From NCBI GenBank assembly GCA_963778545.1, contig CAVZUW010000015.1, forward strand, positions 115,825 to 179,824: 64,000 bases of DNA, written 5' to 3'. This DNA is from an uncultured Actinomycetes bacterium (lineage in GTDB: Bacteria > Actinomycetota > UBA4738 > HRBIN12). Below, in pieces: positions 53,563 to 63,659 of the stretch. The notes beneath the pieces are model-generated. The model did no database searches and was not told the origin of the DNA. It worked only from the letters and a program-made list of their open reading frames with translations. Numbering within the stretch: the first letter of the stretch is position 1; the number at the start of each line of letters is the position of its first letter. A program made the translations under genes and the position numbers.

Positions 53563-54153
53563 ATGCTGAACATCGGTCCGCAGGAGCTCTTGATCATCCT
53601 CGTCATCGCCCTGATCGTCGTCGGGCCACAGCGACTCCCCTCCCTCGGGCGGTCGATCGGCAGGGGTCTGCGCGAGCTCCGCAAGGCTCAGGACGAGGTG
53701 AAGCGGACGATCCAGGTCAACCTCGACGACGAGCCCCCCAACGGAAGCTCGAGCACCCCCGCCCCGGGTCGCGGGGCGGGCACGGGCTCCGCCGACGGGC
53801 GCGCGTCGGATCCGACGTCGGCCGCGAGCGGGCCGGCGCCTCCCGACGCGACGCCCACCGCCTCCGAACCGCTGCCCGCGGATGAGATCCGGGACATCTC
53901 GCGTTCGCTCGGACGGAGCCTGGCCGAGCTCCGGCGCGCGAAGGAGGAGGTCCAGCGCTCGTTCCGGATCGACGTCGCGCCGACGACGAAGCCGTCCACC
54001 TCGAAGCGACCGCAACCCGCGACGTCGACACCCACGACGACGCCCGCCGACGCCGCAGAGCCGACGGAGGCGCCGGTAGAACACGACCCCGCGCCGACCC
54101 CCGAACCCTCGCCGGACGGACAGCCTGCGACGTCCGACCGGGCGACCGACTGA
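53563..54153 (+). CDS. tatA: Twin-arginine translocase TatA/TatB-family protein with a long Pro/Thr/Ser-rich tail and a duplicated amphipathic-helix segment
   Basis: MLNIGPQELLIILVIALIVVGPQRLPSLGRSIGRGLRELRKAQDEV is the canonical TM plus amphipathic helix. A second copy, SRSLGRSLAELRRAKEEVQRSF, begins about 90 aa further along the protein. Confidence 0.8.
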   Translation: MLNIGPQELLIILVIALIVVGPQRLPSLGRSIGRGLRELRKAQDEVKRTIQVNLDDEPPNGSSSTPAPGRGAGTGSADGRASDPTSAASGPAPPDATPTASEPLPADEIRDISRSLGRSLAELRRAKEEVQRSFRIDVAPTTKPSTSKRPQPATSTPTTTPADAAEPTEAPVEHDPAPTPEPSPDGQPATSDRATD

Positions 54154-54162
54154 CCCGGGGCG

Positions 54163-54945
54163 ATGAAGCTCATCCCGGAACGCCTCCGGCGGAGCTCCGA
54201 GCCGGAGCCCGACGGCACGATGACGCTCGTCGACCACCTGTCGGAGCTCCGGTACCGGTTGATCGTCACGATCTCGGCGATCGCGGTGGGCGGGATCTTC
54301 GGGTGGTTCCTGTTCGACCGCGTGATCGACCTGCTGCTCAACCCCTACTGCGACTACTGGCGGACGGTGCCCCTTCGCCTCCGGGCGACGCCCGACTGCG
54401 CCCTGTTCTTCTCCGGGGCGCTCGAGCCGTTGCTGATCAAGTTCAAGCTGGTCGCGTTCTTGGGGCTGTTCCTGGCGCTGCCGGTGGTCCTGTATCAGCT
54501 GTGGGCGTTCATCGTGCCCGGCCTGACCCGGCGCGAACGGAAGATGGCGATCCCGTTCGTCGTGTCCTCGGTGCTGCTGTTCGCGCTCGGGGCGCTGGTC
54601 GCGTACTGGACGCTCCCGAAGGCCCTGAACTTCCTCCTCGGCTTCGCCGGCCAGGGGTTCGCGCCCCTGCTCACGGGAGACCGGTACCTGACGTTCGTGA
54701 TGCTGGTCGCGCTGTCGTTCGGGCTCGCGTTCGAGTTCCCGATCGTACTGATCTTCCTGCTCCTGGCGGGAGCGGTGACCACGCGGCAGCTGCGGGACTG
54801 GCGGCGAGGGGCGATCCTCGGCATCGCGGTGTTCGCTGCGATCATCACGCCGAGCTCGGACCCCTACACGATGCTGGCGATGACGCTCCCCATGGTGCTG
54901 TTCTACGAAGCCGCTATCATCGTGGGCCGTCTCCTGAAGCGCTAG
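54163..54945 (+). CDS. tatC: Twin-arginine translocase subunit TatC
   Basis: 260 aa. MTLVDHLSELRYRLI is present, with six TM helices and LWAFIVPGLTRRERK. Confidence 0.9.
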   Translation: MKLIPERLRRSSEPEPDGTMTLVDHLSELRYRLIVTISAIAVGGIFGWFLFDRVIDLLLNPYCDYWRTVPLRLRATPDCALFFSGALEPLLIKFKLVAFLGLFLALPVVLYQLWAFIVPGLTRRERKMAIPFVVSSVLLFALGALVAYWTLPKALNFLLGFAGQGFAPLLTGDRYLTFVMLVALSFGLAFEFPIVLIFLLLAGAVTTRQLRDWRRGAILGIAVFAAIITPSSDPYTMLAMTLPMVLFYEAAIIVGRLLKR

Positions 54946-54956
54946 GTGGATCCAGC

Positions 54957-55703
54957 ATGGCGATCAAAGGCAAGAGCAAAGGGCGGAGCCCCAAGGCCGT
55001 CACCCGCGGGCCCAAGCCCGTCTACCAGCCTGTCAAGAAACGCTTGCTCGCCAAGCGCGAGTTCTGGCTGGTGATCCTCAGCATCCTGGGCGTCGCCCTG
55101 GTCGTCGGGCTCGTCGTCGGGTTCATCGCCGAACGCAACGCGAGCGCCCAGGACGACCTCGAGCAGCGGATGCGGGCCACGACGAGCTCGTTCCAGGGGC
55201 AGATCGAGCCCGTGCTCACGACGATCGGCCAGGCGAACCCGCCGGCCGGCTACACGGTGTTCACCGACCTCCAGACGGCCGTCGGAACCCTGGTGGCGGA
55301 GAAGCCCGACGCGCCCGCCGACTCGGAGGCGCTCAAGCAGACGGCGACCGACGCCGCGACCTCCGCCAAGACGGCATCGGAGGCCCTGCAGCAGATCGAT
55401 GAGACGGCGTTGATCCGGGGCAAGGGGTTCTCCGAGGAGTTCGTCCTGTACGTCATCAACGCGAAGGCGAACTTCGTCCAGGCGATGACCCTGTACGGCG
55501 AGGCCGCCAAGCTGCTGGAGCTCGCGGCCGACGCACAGGGTCCCGAGCGCGCCGAGCTGGCCGCCCGGACCCAGGCGATCGCGAATACCGCGACCGAGAC
55601 CTTCGATCGTGGCTACGCCGACTACGTCCAGGCGCAGACCAAGGCGGGCGTGTTCGCGCCGCCGCCGCCGCCAGGGCTCCCCGCACCGACCGGAACCCCA
55701 TGA
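54957..55703 (+). CDS. Hypothetical membrane-anchored helical protein with a Pro-rich C-terminus
   Basis: An SD (AGGTGGA) precedes the start. A basic N-terminus is followed by the TM helix FWLVILSILGVALVVGLVVGFIA and an Ala/Gln/Thr-rich helical region, ending PPPPPGLPAPTGTP. Confidence 0.5.
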   Translation: MAIKGKSKGRSPKAVTRGPKPVYQPVKKRLLAKREFWLVILSILGVALVVGLVVGFIAERNASAQDDLEQRMRATTSSFQGQIEPVLTTIGQANPPAGYTVFTDLQTAVGTLVAEKPDAPADSEALKQTATDAATSAKTASEALQQIDETALIRGKGFSEEFVLYVINAKANFVQAMTLYGEAAKLLELAADAQGPERAELAARTQAIANTATETFDRGYADYVQAQTKAGVFAPPPPPGLPAPTGTP

Positions 55704-56434
55704 CCGACGGTCTGCTGTTCCTCCATGCCTGGCCCATCGACGCTCGGATGTGGGAACCACAGATGGCCGCCCTCCCGGAAGGGCTCCCGGTTGCGGCGCC
55801 GAACCTCCCCGGCTTCGGGGGTTCGGAGCCGGCCGGCGACGTCCTGACGATGGGTCGGGCCGCCGACCGGGCGCTCGAAGCGCTGGGGGAGCGAGGCATC
55901 GACCGCGCGGTCGTGTGCGCTCTGTCGATGGGCGGCTACGTCGCCTTCGAGGTGTGGCGCCGCGCTCGTGACCGTGTGTTGGGGCTCGTCCTGGCGAACA
56001 CCCGGGCGGTCGCCGACAGCCCCGAGGCCGCCGCCGGCCGCCGCGCGCTCGCGGAGCGGCTGCGTTCGGAGGGCAACGTCCTGATGGCGGAGCCACCGGC
56101 GTTGCTCTCGGAGCACGCGCCGGAGGAGCTTCGGACGCGGGTCCATGGCTGGATCGCGGAACAGCCGCCCGAGGCGATCGCCGCGGCCCTGCTCGGGATG
56201 GCCGAGCGCCCCGACTCGACCCCCGACCTCGCGACGATCGACGTGCCGACCCTCGTGCTGACCTCGACCGAGGACCGGATGATCGCGCCCGAGATCTCGG
56301 CCGAGATGGCGGGGCTGATCCCGCAGGGACGCCTCGAGACGATCGAGGGTGTGGGGCACCTGTCGAACCTCGAGGGTGCCGAGGCGTTCGACGCGGCGCT
56401 GGTGGACCACCTGGCGGCCTGCGGACTCGGCTGA
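55700..56434 (+). CDS. Alpha/beta-fold hydrolase
   Basis: ATGA overlap with the upstream gene. The nucleophile elbow is ALSMGG, and the C-terminal His lies in EGVGHLSNLE. Confidence 0.75.
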   Translation: MTDGLLFLHAWPIDARMWEPQMAALPEGLPVAAPNLPGFGGSEPAGDVLTMGRAADRALEALGERGIDRAVVCALSMGGYVAFEVWRRARDRVLGLVLANTRAVADSPEAAAGRRALAERLRSEGNVLMAEPPALLSEHAPEELRTRVHGWIAEQPPEAIAAALLGMAERPDSTPDLATIDVPTLVLTSTEDRMIAPEISAEMAGLIPQGRLETIEGVGHLSNLEGAEAFDAALVDHLAACGLG

Positions 56435-56472
56435 CCCCGCCGGTTCGCCCATGGGTGGGGCGAGGCCGACCG

Positions 56473-56478
56473 TAGACT
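56473..56478 (+). promoter_or_regulatory. -10 hexamer TAGACT for a leaderless helY transcript
   Basis: It ends 7 nt before GTG 56486. Confidence 0.45.
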
Positions 56479-56485
56479 CGGTCCC

Positions 56486-59140
56486 GTGATCGACCCCGCC
56501 CGCTTCGCCGCCCGCTACCCGTTCGCGCTGGATACGTTCCAGATGCGGGCGATCGAGGCGCTCCACGTCGGCGAGTCCGTGCTGGTGGCCGCGCCGACCG
56601 GCTCGGGCAAGACCGTGGTGGCCGAGTTCGCGGTGGACCGGGCGCTCGACGCCGACAAGAAGTGCTTCTACACGACGCCGCTCAAGGCGCTCTCGAACCA
56701 GAAGTTCGGGGACCTGGTCGCTCGGCTCGGCGCGGCGAAGGTCGGGTTGCTCACCGGGGACAACGCGATCAACGGCGACGCTCCGGTCGTAGTGATGACG
56801 ACGGAGGTGCTGCGCAACATGCTCTACGAGCGCAGCGAGGCGCTCGACGGGCTCGCGACGGTCGTGATGGACGAGGTGCACTACCTCCAGGACCCGTACC
56901 GGGGCGGGGTGTGGGAGGAGGTGTTGATCCACCTGCCGCTGTCGATCTCGGTCGTGTGCCTGTCGGCCACGATCTCCAACGCGGAGGAGTTCGGCGAGTG
57001 GATCGGGACGCTCCGCGGCGTGACGCGCGTCGTGATCGAGGAGAGGCGCCCGGTCCCGCTCGAACACCACTACCTCGTCGGTCGCGATCTCCATCCGATG
57101 CACGTGGAACAGAACGGACATGCCGCGCCGAACCCCTACGTCGTCTCGCTCGACCGGGAGGAGGTCCGGTACAAGACGTACTACCGCCGGGGTTCGGGCA
57201 CGGCGCAGCACCAGCGGATCCCACGGCCGCGCGAAGGACATCGTCGCGTGTACGTGCCGCGGCGGGAGGAGGTCGCGGAGGTCCTCGCCGACCAGGGCCT
57301 GCTCCCGGCGATCTACTTCGTGTTCAGCCGGGCCGGCTGCGCCCGCAGCGTCGAGTGGCTCATGGGTGCCGGGATCCGGCTCACCACGAGCGAGGAAGCG
57401 GCCCGGATCCGCACGTTCGCCGAGATGCGCGTCGCGTGGATGGACGAGGAGGATCTGAAGACCCTCGGCTTCTTCGACTTCCAAGACGCCCTGGCAGCCG
57501 GGATCGCGGCGCACCACGCGGGGATGCTGCCGGTGTTCAAGGAGACGGTCGAGGAGCTGTTCGAGGCGGGGCTCGTGAAGATCGTGTTCGCCACCGAGAC
57601 CTTGTCGCTCGGGATCAACATGCCGGCCAGGTCGGTGGTGATCGAGGACCTGTGGAAGTTCCAGGGCGAGCGGCATGAGCTGCTCACCCCCGGCGAGTAC
57701 ACGCAGCTGACAGGGCGCGCGGGTCGTCGCGGGATCGACGAGCTCGGCCACGCGGTGGTCCTGGTCCAACGCAACGTCGCGTTCGAACGGGTGGCGTCGC
57801 TCGCGTCCACGCGGACCTACGAGCTCACCTCGTCGTTCCGGCCCTCGTACAACATGGCGGTGAACCTCGTGCGCAACTACACGCGCGACGAGGCGCACCA
57901 CCTGCTCAACTCGTCGTTCGCCCAGTTCCTCGCCGACCGGGGCGTCGTGACCCTCGAGCGCGAGCTCGAACGCGACCGGGCGCAGCTCGCGACGTTCCGC
58001 GAGCAGATGCGGTGTCACCTCGGCGACTTCGCCGAGTACTGGTCCCTCCGCGAGAAGGCGATGGGCGTCCGCGACGAGTTCCGCAAGGGCCGAGAACGCG
58101 CGCGCACCGACGCGATCCGGGAGGGGCTCGCGGCGCTGCGTCCCGGCGACGTGATCTTCGTCCCGCGCGCCCGCCGGCGCGGGCTCGCCGTGGTGCTGTC
58201 CGTCCGGGAGGGGAGGCCCACGGTCCTCGCGCAGGATCGCAAGTACTTCCGGCTGGGTATGCGGGACTTCCCGGAGCCGCCCACCGCCTTGACCAAGATC
58301 CCGCTGCCGCGGTCCGGGAGCGTTCGGAGCGCGAGGTACCGCCGCGATCTGGCGGCCAAGCTCGTCGCGCTGGACGTTCGCCCCCCGCGGAAGCCCCGCG
58401 GCGGGGTCGACGCGAAGGTCGAGCGCGAAGCGGCGAGGTACGAGCGCCTGGCGGAGGCCCACCCGTGCCACGGGTGCCCGGACCGGCCCGAGCACGAGCG
58501 CTGGGCCACCCGCGCCTCGCAGGTCGACCAGCAGATCCGTGGGCTCGATCGGCGGATCCGAACGCGAACCGAGACGCTCGCCCGGCAGTTCGACCGCGTC
58601 CTCGCGGTGCTCGAGGAGCTCGGGTACGTCCACGGGTTCGCGATCGAGCCGAAGGGCAGGACGCTGGCGCGGATCTACGGCGAGGGAGACATCCTGATGG
58701 CCGAGGCGCTCGCGGACGGGCTGCTCGACGGACTGCAACCCTCGGAGGTGGCCGCCGTGGTCTCGACGATCGTCTACGAGTCGCGCGAGCGCACGCCGCG
58801 CACCAGTGAGATGCCCACGTCCGCCTCGGTCGAGCGGTACCGGGCGTTCCAGGGGATCTGGCGGCGGGTGCGCGAGGCCGAGGATCGCCATCAGGTCGAG
58901 CTCTGCCGTGAGCTCGAGGACGGGTTCGCGGCGCCGATCCACCGCTGGGCCCAGGGGGAGTCGCTCGAGGACGTCCTGCGCGAGACCGACATGTCGCCGG
59001 GTGATTTCGTGCGCACCTGCAAGCAGCTCCTCGACCTGCTCCGACAGATCGAGGAGGTCGCCCCCGAGGGGGTGGCGGACCTGGTCCGTCGGGCGCGCGA
59101 GGCGGTCAACCGTGGGGTCGTGGCCTACACCGGTGTCTGA
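56486..59140 (+). CDS. helY: Ski2-like DEAD/DEAH-box ATP-dependent helicase HelY
   Basis: 884 aa. Motifs are AAPTGSGKT, VMDEVHYL, SATISN, HHAGMLP and TGRAGRRG, with a DSHCT-like C-terminus. It occupies the conserved position after tatC, as in mycobacteria. Confidence 0.85.
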   Translation: MIDPARFAARYPFALDTFQMRAIEALHVGESVLVAAPTGSGKTVVAEFAVDRALDADKKCFYTTPLKALSNQKFGDLVARLGAAKVGLLTGDNAINGDAPVVVMTTEVLRNMLYERSEALDGLATVVMDEVHYLQDPYRGGVWEEVLIHLPLSISVVCLSATISNAEEFGEWIGTLRGVTRVVIEERRPVPLEHHYLVGRDLHPMHVEQNGHAAPNPYVVSLDREEVRYKTYYRRGSGTAQHQRIPRPREGHRRVYVPRREEVAEVLADQGLLPAIYFVFSRAGCARSVEWLMGAGIRLTTSEEAARIRTFAEMRVAWMDEEDLKTLGFFDFQDALAAGIAAHHAGMLPVFKETVEELFEAGLVKIVFATETLSLGINMPARSVVIEDLWKFQGERHELLTPGEYTQLTGRAGRRGIDELGHAVVLVQRNVAFERVASLASTRTYELTSSFRPSYNMAVNLVRNYTRDEAHHLLNSSFAQFLADRGVVTLERELERDRAQLATFREQMRCHLGDFAEYWSLREKAMGVRDEFRKGRERARTDAIREGLAALRPGDVIFVPRARRRGLAVVLSVREGRPTVLAQDRKYFRLGMRDFPEPPTALTKIPLPRSGSVRSARYRRDLAAKLVALDVRPPRKPRGGVDAKVEREAARYERLAEAHPCHGCPDRPEHERWATRASQVDQQIRGLDRRIRTRTETLARQFDRVLAVLEELGYVHGFAIEPKGRTLARIYGEGDILMAEALADGLLDGLQPSEVAAVVSTIVYESRERTPRTSEMPTSASVERYRAFQGIWRRVREAEDRHQVELCRELEDGFAAPIHRWAQGESLEDVLRETDMSPGDFVRTCKQLLDLLRQIEEVAPEGVADLVRRAREAVNRGVVAYTGV

Positions 59141-59170
59141 TCCCGGCCTCGACGAACCGCGACCTCGAAG

Positions 59171-59176
59171 TAGGAT
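59171..59176 (+). promoter_or_regulatory. -10 hexamer TAGGAT for a leaderless lipid-kinase transcript
   Basis: It ends 7 nt before ATG 59184. The alternative ATG at 59175 lies inside the hexamer. Confidence 0.45.
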
Positions 59177-59183
59177 GCGCGCG

Positions 59184-60113
59184 ATGTCGAGTCCCTACGG
59201 CGAGCTCAACGTGATCGTGAACCCGCACGCGGGTCGCCGACGTGTGGGGGAGGAGATCCCCGAGCTCGAGCGCACGCTCCGCTCGCGAGGCCTCCCGTAC
59301 CGCTTGCACCGGACGGAGGGTCCCGGCGACGCGACCCGACTCGCCAGGGAAGCCCTCGAGGCCGGTGGGCGGTTCGTGGTCGCGGTGGGCGGGGACGGCA
59401 CGGTGAACGAGGTCGTGAACGGGATGATCGACGACGAGGGCAAACCGCTCGTGACCGACCCCGTCCTCGGGGTCGTGGCGGCCGGTAGCGGCTGTGACTT
59501 CGTCCGGACGTTCGGCCTGCCGGGCGATGCCACGCGCGCCGGCTACCACCTCGCGGGCGACAACACCTACCCGCTCGACGTCGGCAAGGTGACGTACACG
59601 ACGCCGGAGGGTGGGCGCGCGAGCCGCTATTTCGTGAACGTCGCCGAAGCCGGTCTCGGCGCGGCCGTCGCCGCGCGCGCCGGCCGGATGTCGCCCCGGC
59701 TCGGCCAGTCGAAGTACTTCCTCGGCTTCTGGCTCGTGCTGCCGAGGTTCAAGCTCGCGAAGGTGCGCATCCAGGCGGATCGGAAGACGTACGAGGGACC
59801 GGCGTTCCTCGTTGTGATCGGCAACGGGCAGTACTACGGGGGTGGGATGAAGATCTCGCCCCGTTCGTACCCGGGGGACGCGGTGCTCGACGTCTTGGTG
59901 TTCAAGGGGCCGAAGTCGGACTCGTTCACGATGATCCCGAAGATCTACCGGGGCGAGCACATCCCGCACGACCACGTCGAGGAGTACCGCGTCAAGCGCG
60001 AGCTCGTGATCGAGGCCGACCGTCCGCTCCCGATCGAATCCGACGGCGAGCTGCTCGGCACGACCCCGGCCACTGTCGAGATCCTCGCCCAACCGATCCA
60101 CATGAAGCTGTGA
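59184..60113 (+). CDS. Diacylglycerol/lipid kinase family protein (DAGK catalytic domain)
   Basis: LNVIVNPHAGRRR, VVAVGGDGTVNEVVNG and GNGQYYGGGMKISP. Confidence 0.8.
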   Translation: MSSPYGELNVIVNPHAGRRRVGEEIPELERTLRSRGLPYRLHRTEGPGDATRLAREALEAGGRFVVAVGGDGTVNEVVNGMIDDEGKPLVTDPVLGVVAAGSGCDFVRTFGLPGDATRAGYHLAGDNTYPLDVGKVTYTTPEGGRASRYFVNVAEAGLGAAVAARAGRMSPRLGQSKYFLGFWLVLPRFKLAKVRIQADRKTYEGPAFLVVIGNGQYYGGGMKISPRSYPGDAVLDVLVFKGPKSDSFTMIPKIYRGEHIPHDHVEEYRVKRELVIEADRPLPIESDGELLGTTPATVEILAQPIHMKL

Positions 60114-61210
60114 GCGGCGGCCGCTTCGCCGAGCGCCGCCGACGCGCCCTCGAGGGTGCGGAGGCCGCGGGCCTCGCCGGGATCCTCGTCTCGCCCGGGC
60201 CCGATCTGGCGTACCTCATGGCCTACGCGCCGCTGCCGCTGGAGCGCCTGACCCTGCTCGTGCTCTCCACGGGCACCGACCCGACGCTCGTGGTCCCGAC
60301 CCTCGAGCGCCCGCTGGCCGAACGGGCGGCCGGGGCGCCTGGCCTCACCCTGCGCGACTGGCGCGACGGACGCGACGACCCGTACGCGGTCGTCGCGGGG
60401 ATGCTCGGGTCGGGGCGGTACGCGGTGACCGACCGCACCTGGGCGTCGCACCTGCTCGCGCTCGAACGGGCGGGACCCGAACGGTCCTTCGTCGCGGCGG
60501 GCGAGGCGCTGCCGCTGCTGCGCGCGGTCAAGGACCCGGACGAGATCGAGCGGCTGCGTGTCGTGGCGCACGCGGCGGACGGGGCGTTCGCCGATGTGAT
60601 CTCCCTGCCGTTCGCCGGACGTGCCGAGGCCGAGGTGGCCGCCGAGCTCGACCGGCTGCTCCGCGAGCACGGTCACGAGCGCGTCGACTTCACGATCGTG
60701 GGTTCGGGTCCGAACGCGGCCTCGAGCCACCACGAGCCGGGGGAGCGAAGGATCGAACCGGGCGACGCCGTCGTGATGGACTTCGGCGGGATGCGCGACG
60801 ACTACTGCTCGGACATCACCAGGACCGTGTTCGTGGGCGAGCCCACGGACGAGGAACGCGAGGTGTACGCGATCGTCCGGGCGGCCCAGCAGGCGGCGTT
60901 CGACGCGGTGCGCCCGGGTGTCGCGGCTCAGGACGTCGACCGGGCCGCGCGGGCGGTCATCACCGACGCGGGGTACGGCGAGCGGTTCGTCCACCGGACG
61001 GGTCACGGGATCGGGCTCGAGGTCCACGAACCCCCCTACATCGTGGAGGGCAACGCGACGCCGCTCGAGCCCGGGATGACCTTCTCGGACGAGCCGGGGA
61101 TCTACCTGGAGGGGCGGTTCGGCGTCCGGATCGAGGACCAGGTCGCGGTGACGGCCGAGGGCGCCGAGCGGCTGAACGACGCCACCCGGGAGCTCACGAT
61201 CGTCGCCTGA
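60110..61210 (+). CDS. M24-family Xaa-Pro dipeptidase / aminopeptidase P-like
   Basis: GTGA overlap with the upstream gene. Metal ligands lie in VVMDFGG...YCSDITRT, HRTGHGIGLEVHEPP, GMTFSDEPGIY and VRIED. Confidence 0.8.
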   Translation: MSGGRFAERRRRALEGAEAAGLAGILVSPGPDLAYLMAYAPLPLERLTLLVLSTGTDPTLVVPTLERPLAERAAGAPGLTLRDWRDGRDDPYAVVAGMLGSGRYAVTDRTWASHLLALERAGPERSFVAAGEALPLLRAVKDPDEIERLRVVAHAADGAFADVISLPFAGRAEAEVAAELDRLLREHGHERVDFTIVGSGPNAASSHHEPGERRIEPGDAVVMDFGGMRDDYCSDITRTVFVGEPTDEEREVYAIVRAAQQAAFDAVRPGVAAQDVDRAARAVITDAGYGERFVHRTGHGIGLEVHEPPYIVEGNATPLEPGMTFSDEPGIYLEGRFGVRIEDQVAVTAEGAERLNDATRELTIVA

Positions 61211-61264
61211 GGACGCTCGGTCCGGATTGCCCGGCACGGCGAGGTTCGGTCATCCTTGTGGTCG

Positions 61265-62173
61265 ATGACTGCGAATCCCCTCGAGATGGAAGAGTTCGAC
61301 CTCGACCGGTACCTGCGCGCGTCCAAACGCGTCGACCTGTCCGGGGTGGCCTGGGACCGCGTCCGGAGCCATCCGCTCGGCGAGGCGGAGGCGCGGTGCC
61401 TCGCGTACATGATGGACATCGAGACGCACACCTCGATCTACCTTCGGGACCTGCTCGCGACGCCGGCGGCCTACGAACCCGACGTCACGGCGTTCCTGTC
61501 GTGCTGGGTCTACGAGGAGCTGTGGCACGGGGAGGCGTTCAGCCGCTTCCTCGGCGAGGCGGGCTGGGAGCTCGCGCCCGATCTCGAACGCGTGGCGGCC
61601 GACACCGCCTACCCGTCCCGGTTGGCGAGGAACCAGTGGATCCGGCGGCGGCTGGGCGGCGGCGGGCAACTCAGCCACGTCGGCACGATGCTGGGCTCGG
61701 CCGTGATGGACGACTTCGTCGCGCTCCACATGACCTGGGGGGCGGCCAACGAGCTCTCGACCCTGACGTCGTACCACCGCCTGATCGCGAACACCGAGCA
61801 CCCGGAGCTCGTCAACCTCCTGAACGCGATCATCAAGGACGAGCGCCGGCACTTCGCGTTCTACCGAGCCCAGGCCCGGCTGCGGCTCGCCCGCAGCGCC
61901 TGGGCGCGCCGGCTGACCCGGTGGGCGATGGAGCACCTCTGGGCGATCGTGGGCACGGGCGTTCGCCCGCAGACCGAGACCGACTTCGTCGTCCTGCAGC
62001 TGTTCGGCGACGAGGACGGCCGCGCCGCCGCGCTCGAGATGGATCGCACGATGGCGGAGCTCCCCGGCATGGGGGGATGCGCGATCTTCCGGCACGCGCG
62101 CGAGGAGGCACAGGGCAGGGCATCCGCGGTTCCCGAACGGGCGCCCGGGATGTGGAGCGCGGTTCCCGCCTGA
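61265..62173 (+). CDS. Ferritin-like di-iron carboxylate protein (acyl-ACP-desaturase-like fold)
   Basis: Two ExxH motifs are present: EELWHGEAF and KDERRHFAFY, plus MMDIETHT. The start could also be TTG 61256. Confidence 0.5.
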   Translation: MTANPLEMEEFDLDRYLRASKRVDLSGVAWDRVRSHPLGEAEARCLAYMMDIETHTSIYLRDLLATPAAYEPDVTAFLSCWVYEELWHGEAFSRFLGEAGWELAPDLERVAADTAYPSRLARNQWIRRRLGGGGQLSHVGTMLGSAVMDDFVALHMTWGAANELSTLTSYHRLIANTEHPELVNLLNAIIKDERRHFAFYRAQARLRLARSAWARRLTRWAMEHLWAIVGTGVRPQTETDFVVLQLFGDEDGRAAALEMDRTMAELPGMGGCAIFRHAREEAQGRASAVPERAPGMWSAVPA

Positions 62174-62268
62174 CGGGCGGGCGGGCCTGGACTCGCCGCG
62201 AGGGAGGTGCGGTGGCGCGGACCGGGTTCGGACCGTCCACCGAACGGTCGGGGTCGCGGCGAGACCCG

Positions 62269-63657
62269 CTAGGTCCGGCGGCGGATCTGCGTCCCGTCGG
62301 CGGAGTCCATGACCTCGAGCCCGAGGTCCTGCAGGCGCTCGCGGATCCGGTCGCTGGTCTCGAAGTCCTTGGCGGCGCGCGCCGCGTCGCGTTCGGCCAC
62401 GAGCGCGAGCATCTCCTCGGTCGGCTCGAACCCCTCGCGGGCGTCACGCTCGAGATCGAGCCCCAGGATCGCGTCCCACGACGCGAGGAGCCCGTACTTC
62501 TGGGCGTCGGGGATCGCTGAGCCGGCGGTCTCGTTGAGCACCACGAGCGCCCGGGGCAGGTCGAGGTCGTCGGCGACCGCCGCCCGGAAGCGATCGTCGA
62601 GTGCCTTCGCGTCGTCGGACCGTTCGTCGGTCCCGGGCGCCCAGGCGGCCATCCGCCGACGGAGGTCGCCGAGCCGCTTGTTCTGGCCCTCCAGCGCCTC
62701 CCAGCTGAAGTCCATCTCGCTCCGGTAGCGGGTGCCGAAGCACAGCAGCCGGTACGCGAGCGGATCGACCTGCTGCTCAGCGAGGTCGGTCACGCGGTAG
62801 ATGTTCTTCGCGGACTTCGCCATCTTCTGCCCGCTCATCTGGAGGAACCCCCCGTGCACCCAGGTCGAGACGACCTGGTGACCCACGGCCGCCTCCGACT
62901 GCGCGATCTCGTCCTCGTGGTGGGGGAACTTGTTGTCGTTGCCGCCCGTGTGGACATCGAAGCGGTCGCCGAGGTGCTTCATCGACATCGCCGAGCACTC
63001 GATGTGCCATCCGGGGTAGCCGTCGCCCCACGGGCTCGGCCACTTCAGGGCGCGGTTGGGGCCGGCCTTCTTCCACAGCGCGAAGTCCTCGGGGTGACGC
63101 TTGTTCGGGTCGACCGTCACCTCCTGCCGGTGTCCCGCGCGGAGCCGGTCGAGCGTGTTGCCCGAGAGCTTGCCGTAGCCCGGGAACGAGGTGACGTCGT
63201 AGTAGACGCTCCCGTCGACCTCGTACGCGTGGTCCTTCTCGAGCAGCGTCTGGATCAGCTTGATCATGTCGTCGATGTGTTCGGTGGCCCGCGGGTACAG
63301 GTCGGCACGCTCGATCCCCACCAGGTCCGAGTCCTCCAGGAACGCGTCCGTGTACTTCTGCGCGATCTCGACGGCCGAGAGCCCCTCGTCGGCCTCGGCG
63401 AGCTCCATCTTGTCGCGACCGGTGTCCGAGACCTCGTCCGTCATGTGCCCGACGTCGGTGATGTTCATGATCCACCGGACCTCGAGCCCCTCGAACCGGA
63501 GCGCCCGGCGGATCAGGTCGCCGAGCATGAACGAGCGCATGTTCCCGATGTGGATGTACCGGTAGACGGTCGGGCCGCACGAGTAGATCTTCACCGTCTC
63601 GCCGTCGACGGGCGCGACGTCGTGGAGCTCACGCGTGAGGGAGTCGTACAGACGCAC
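62269..63657 (-). CDS. cysS: Cysteine--tRNA ligase
   Basis: GTG start. Motifs are [17 protein letters not shown] (HIGN variant), [21 protein letters not shown] and KMAKS. 462 aa. Confidence 0.9.
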   Translation of the reverse strand: MRLYDSLTRELHDVAPVDGETVKIYSCGPTVYRYIHIGNMRSFMLGDLIRRALRFEGLEVRWIMNITDVGHMTDEVSDTGRDKMELAEADEGLSAVEIAQKYTDAFLEDSDLVGIERADLYPRATEHIDDMIKLIQTLLEKDHAYEVDGSVYYDVTSFPGYGKLSGNTLDRLRAGHRQEVTVDPNKRHPEDFALWKKAGPNRALKWPSPWGDGYPGWHIECSAMSMKHLGDRFDVHTGGNDNKFPHHEDEIAQSEAAVGHQVVSTWVHGGFLQMSGQKMAKSAKNIYRVTDLAEQQVDPLAYRLLCFGTRYRSEMDFSWEALEGQNKRLGDLRRRMAAWAPGTDERSDDAKALDDRFRAAVADDLDLPRALVVLNETAGSAIPDAQKYGLLASWDAILGLDLERDAREGFEPTEEMLALVAERDAARAAKDFETSDRIRERLQDLGLEVMDSADGTQIRRRT

Positions 63658-63659
63658 GG

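Noticed and set aside
63541-63560. cysS has HIGN and KMAKS instead of the textbook HIGH and KMSKS, which I considered as a sign of a non-canonical paralog (for example MshC-like).
   Set aside because: The HIGN variant is common in Gram-positive-type CysS (for example the Bacillus type). WHIECSAM and the anticodon-binding C-terminus fit CysS, not MshC.
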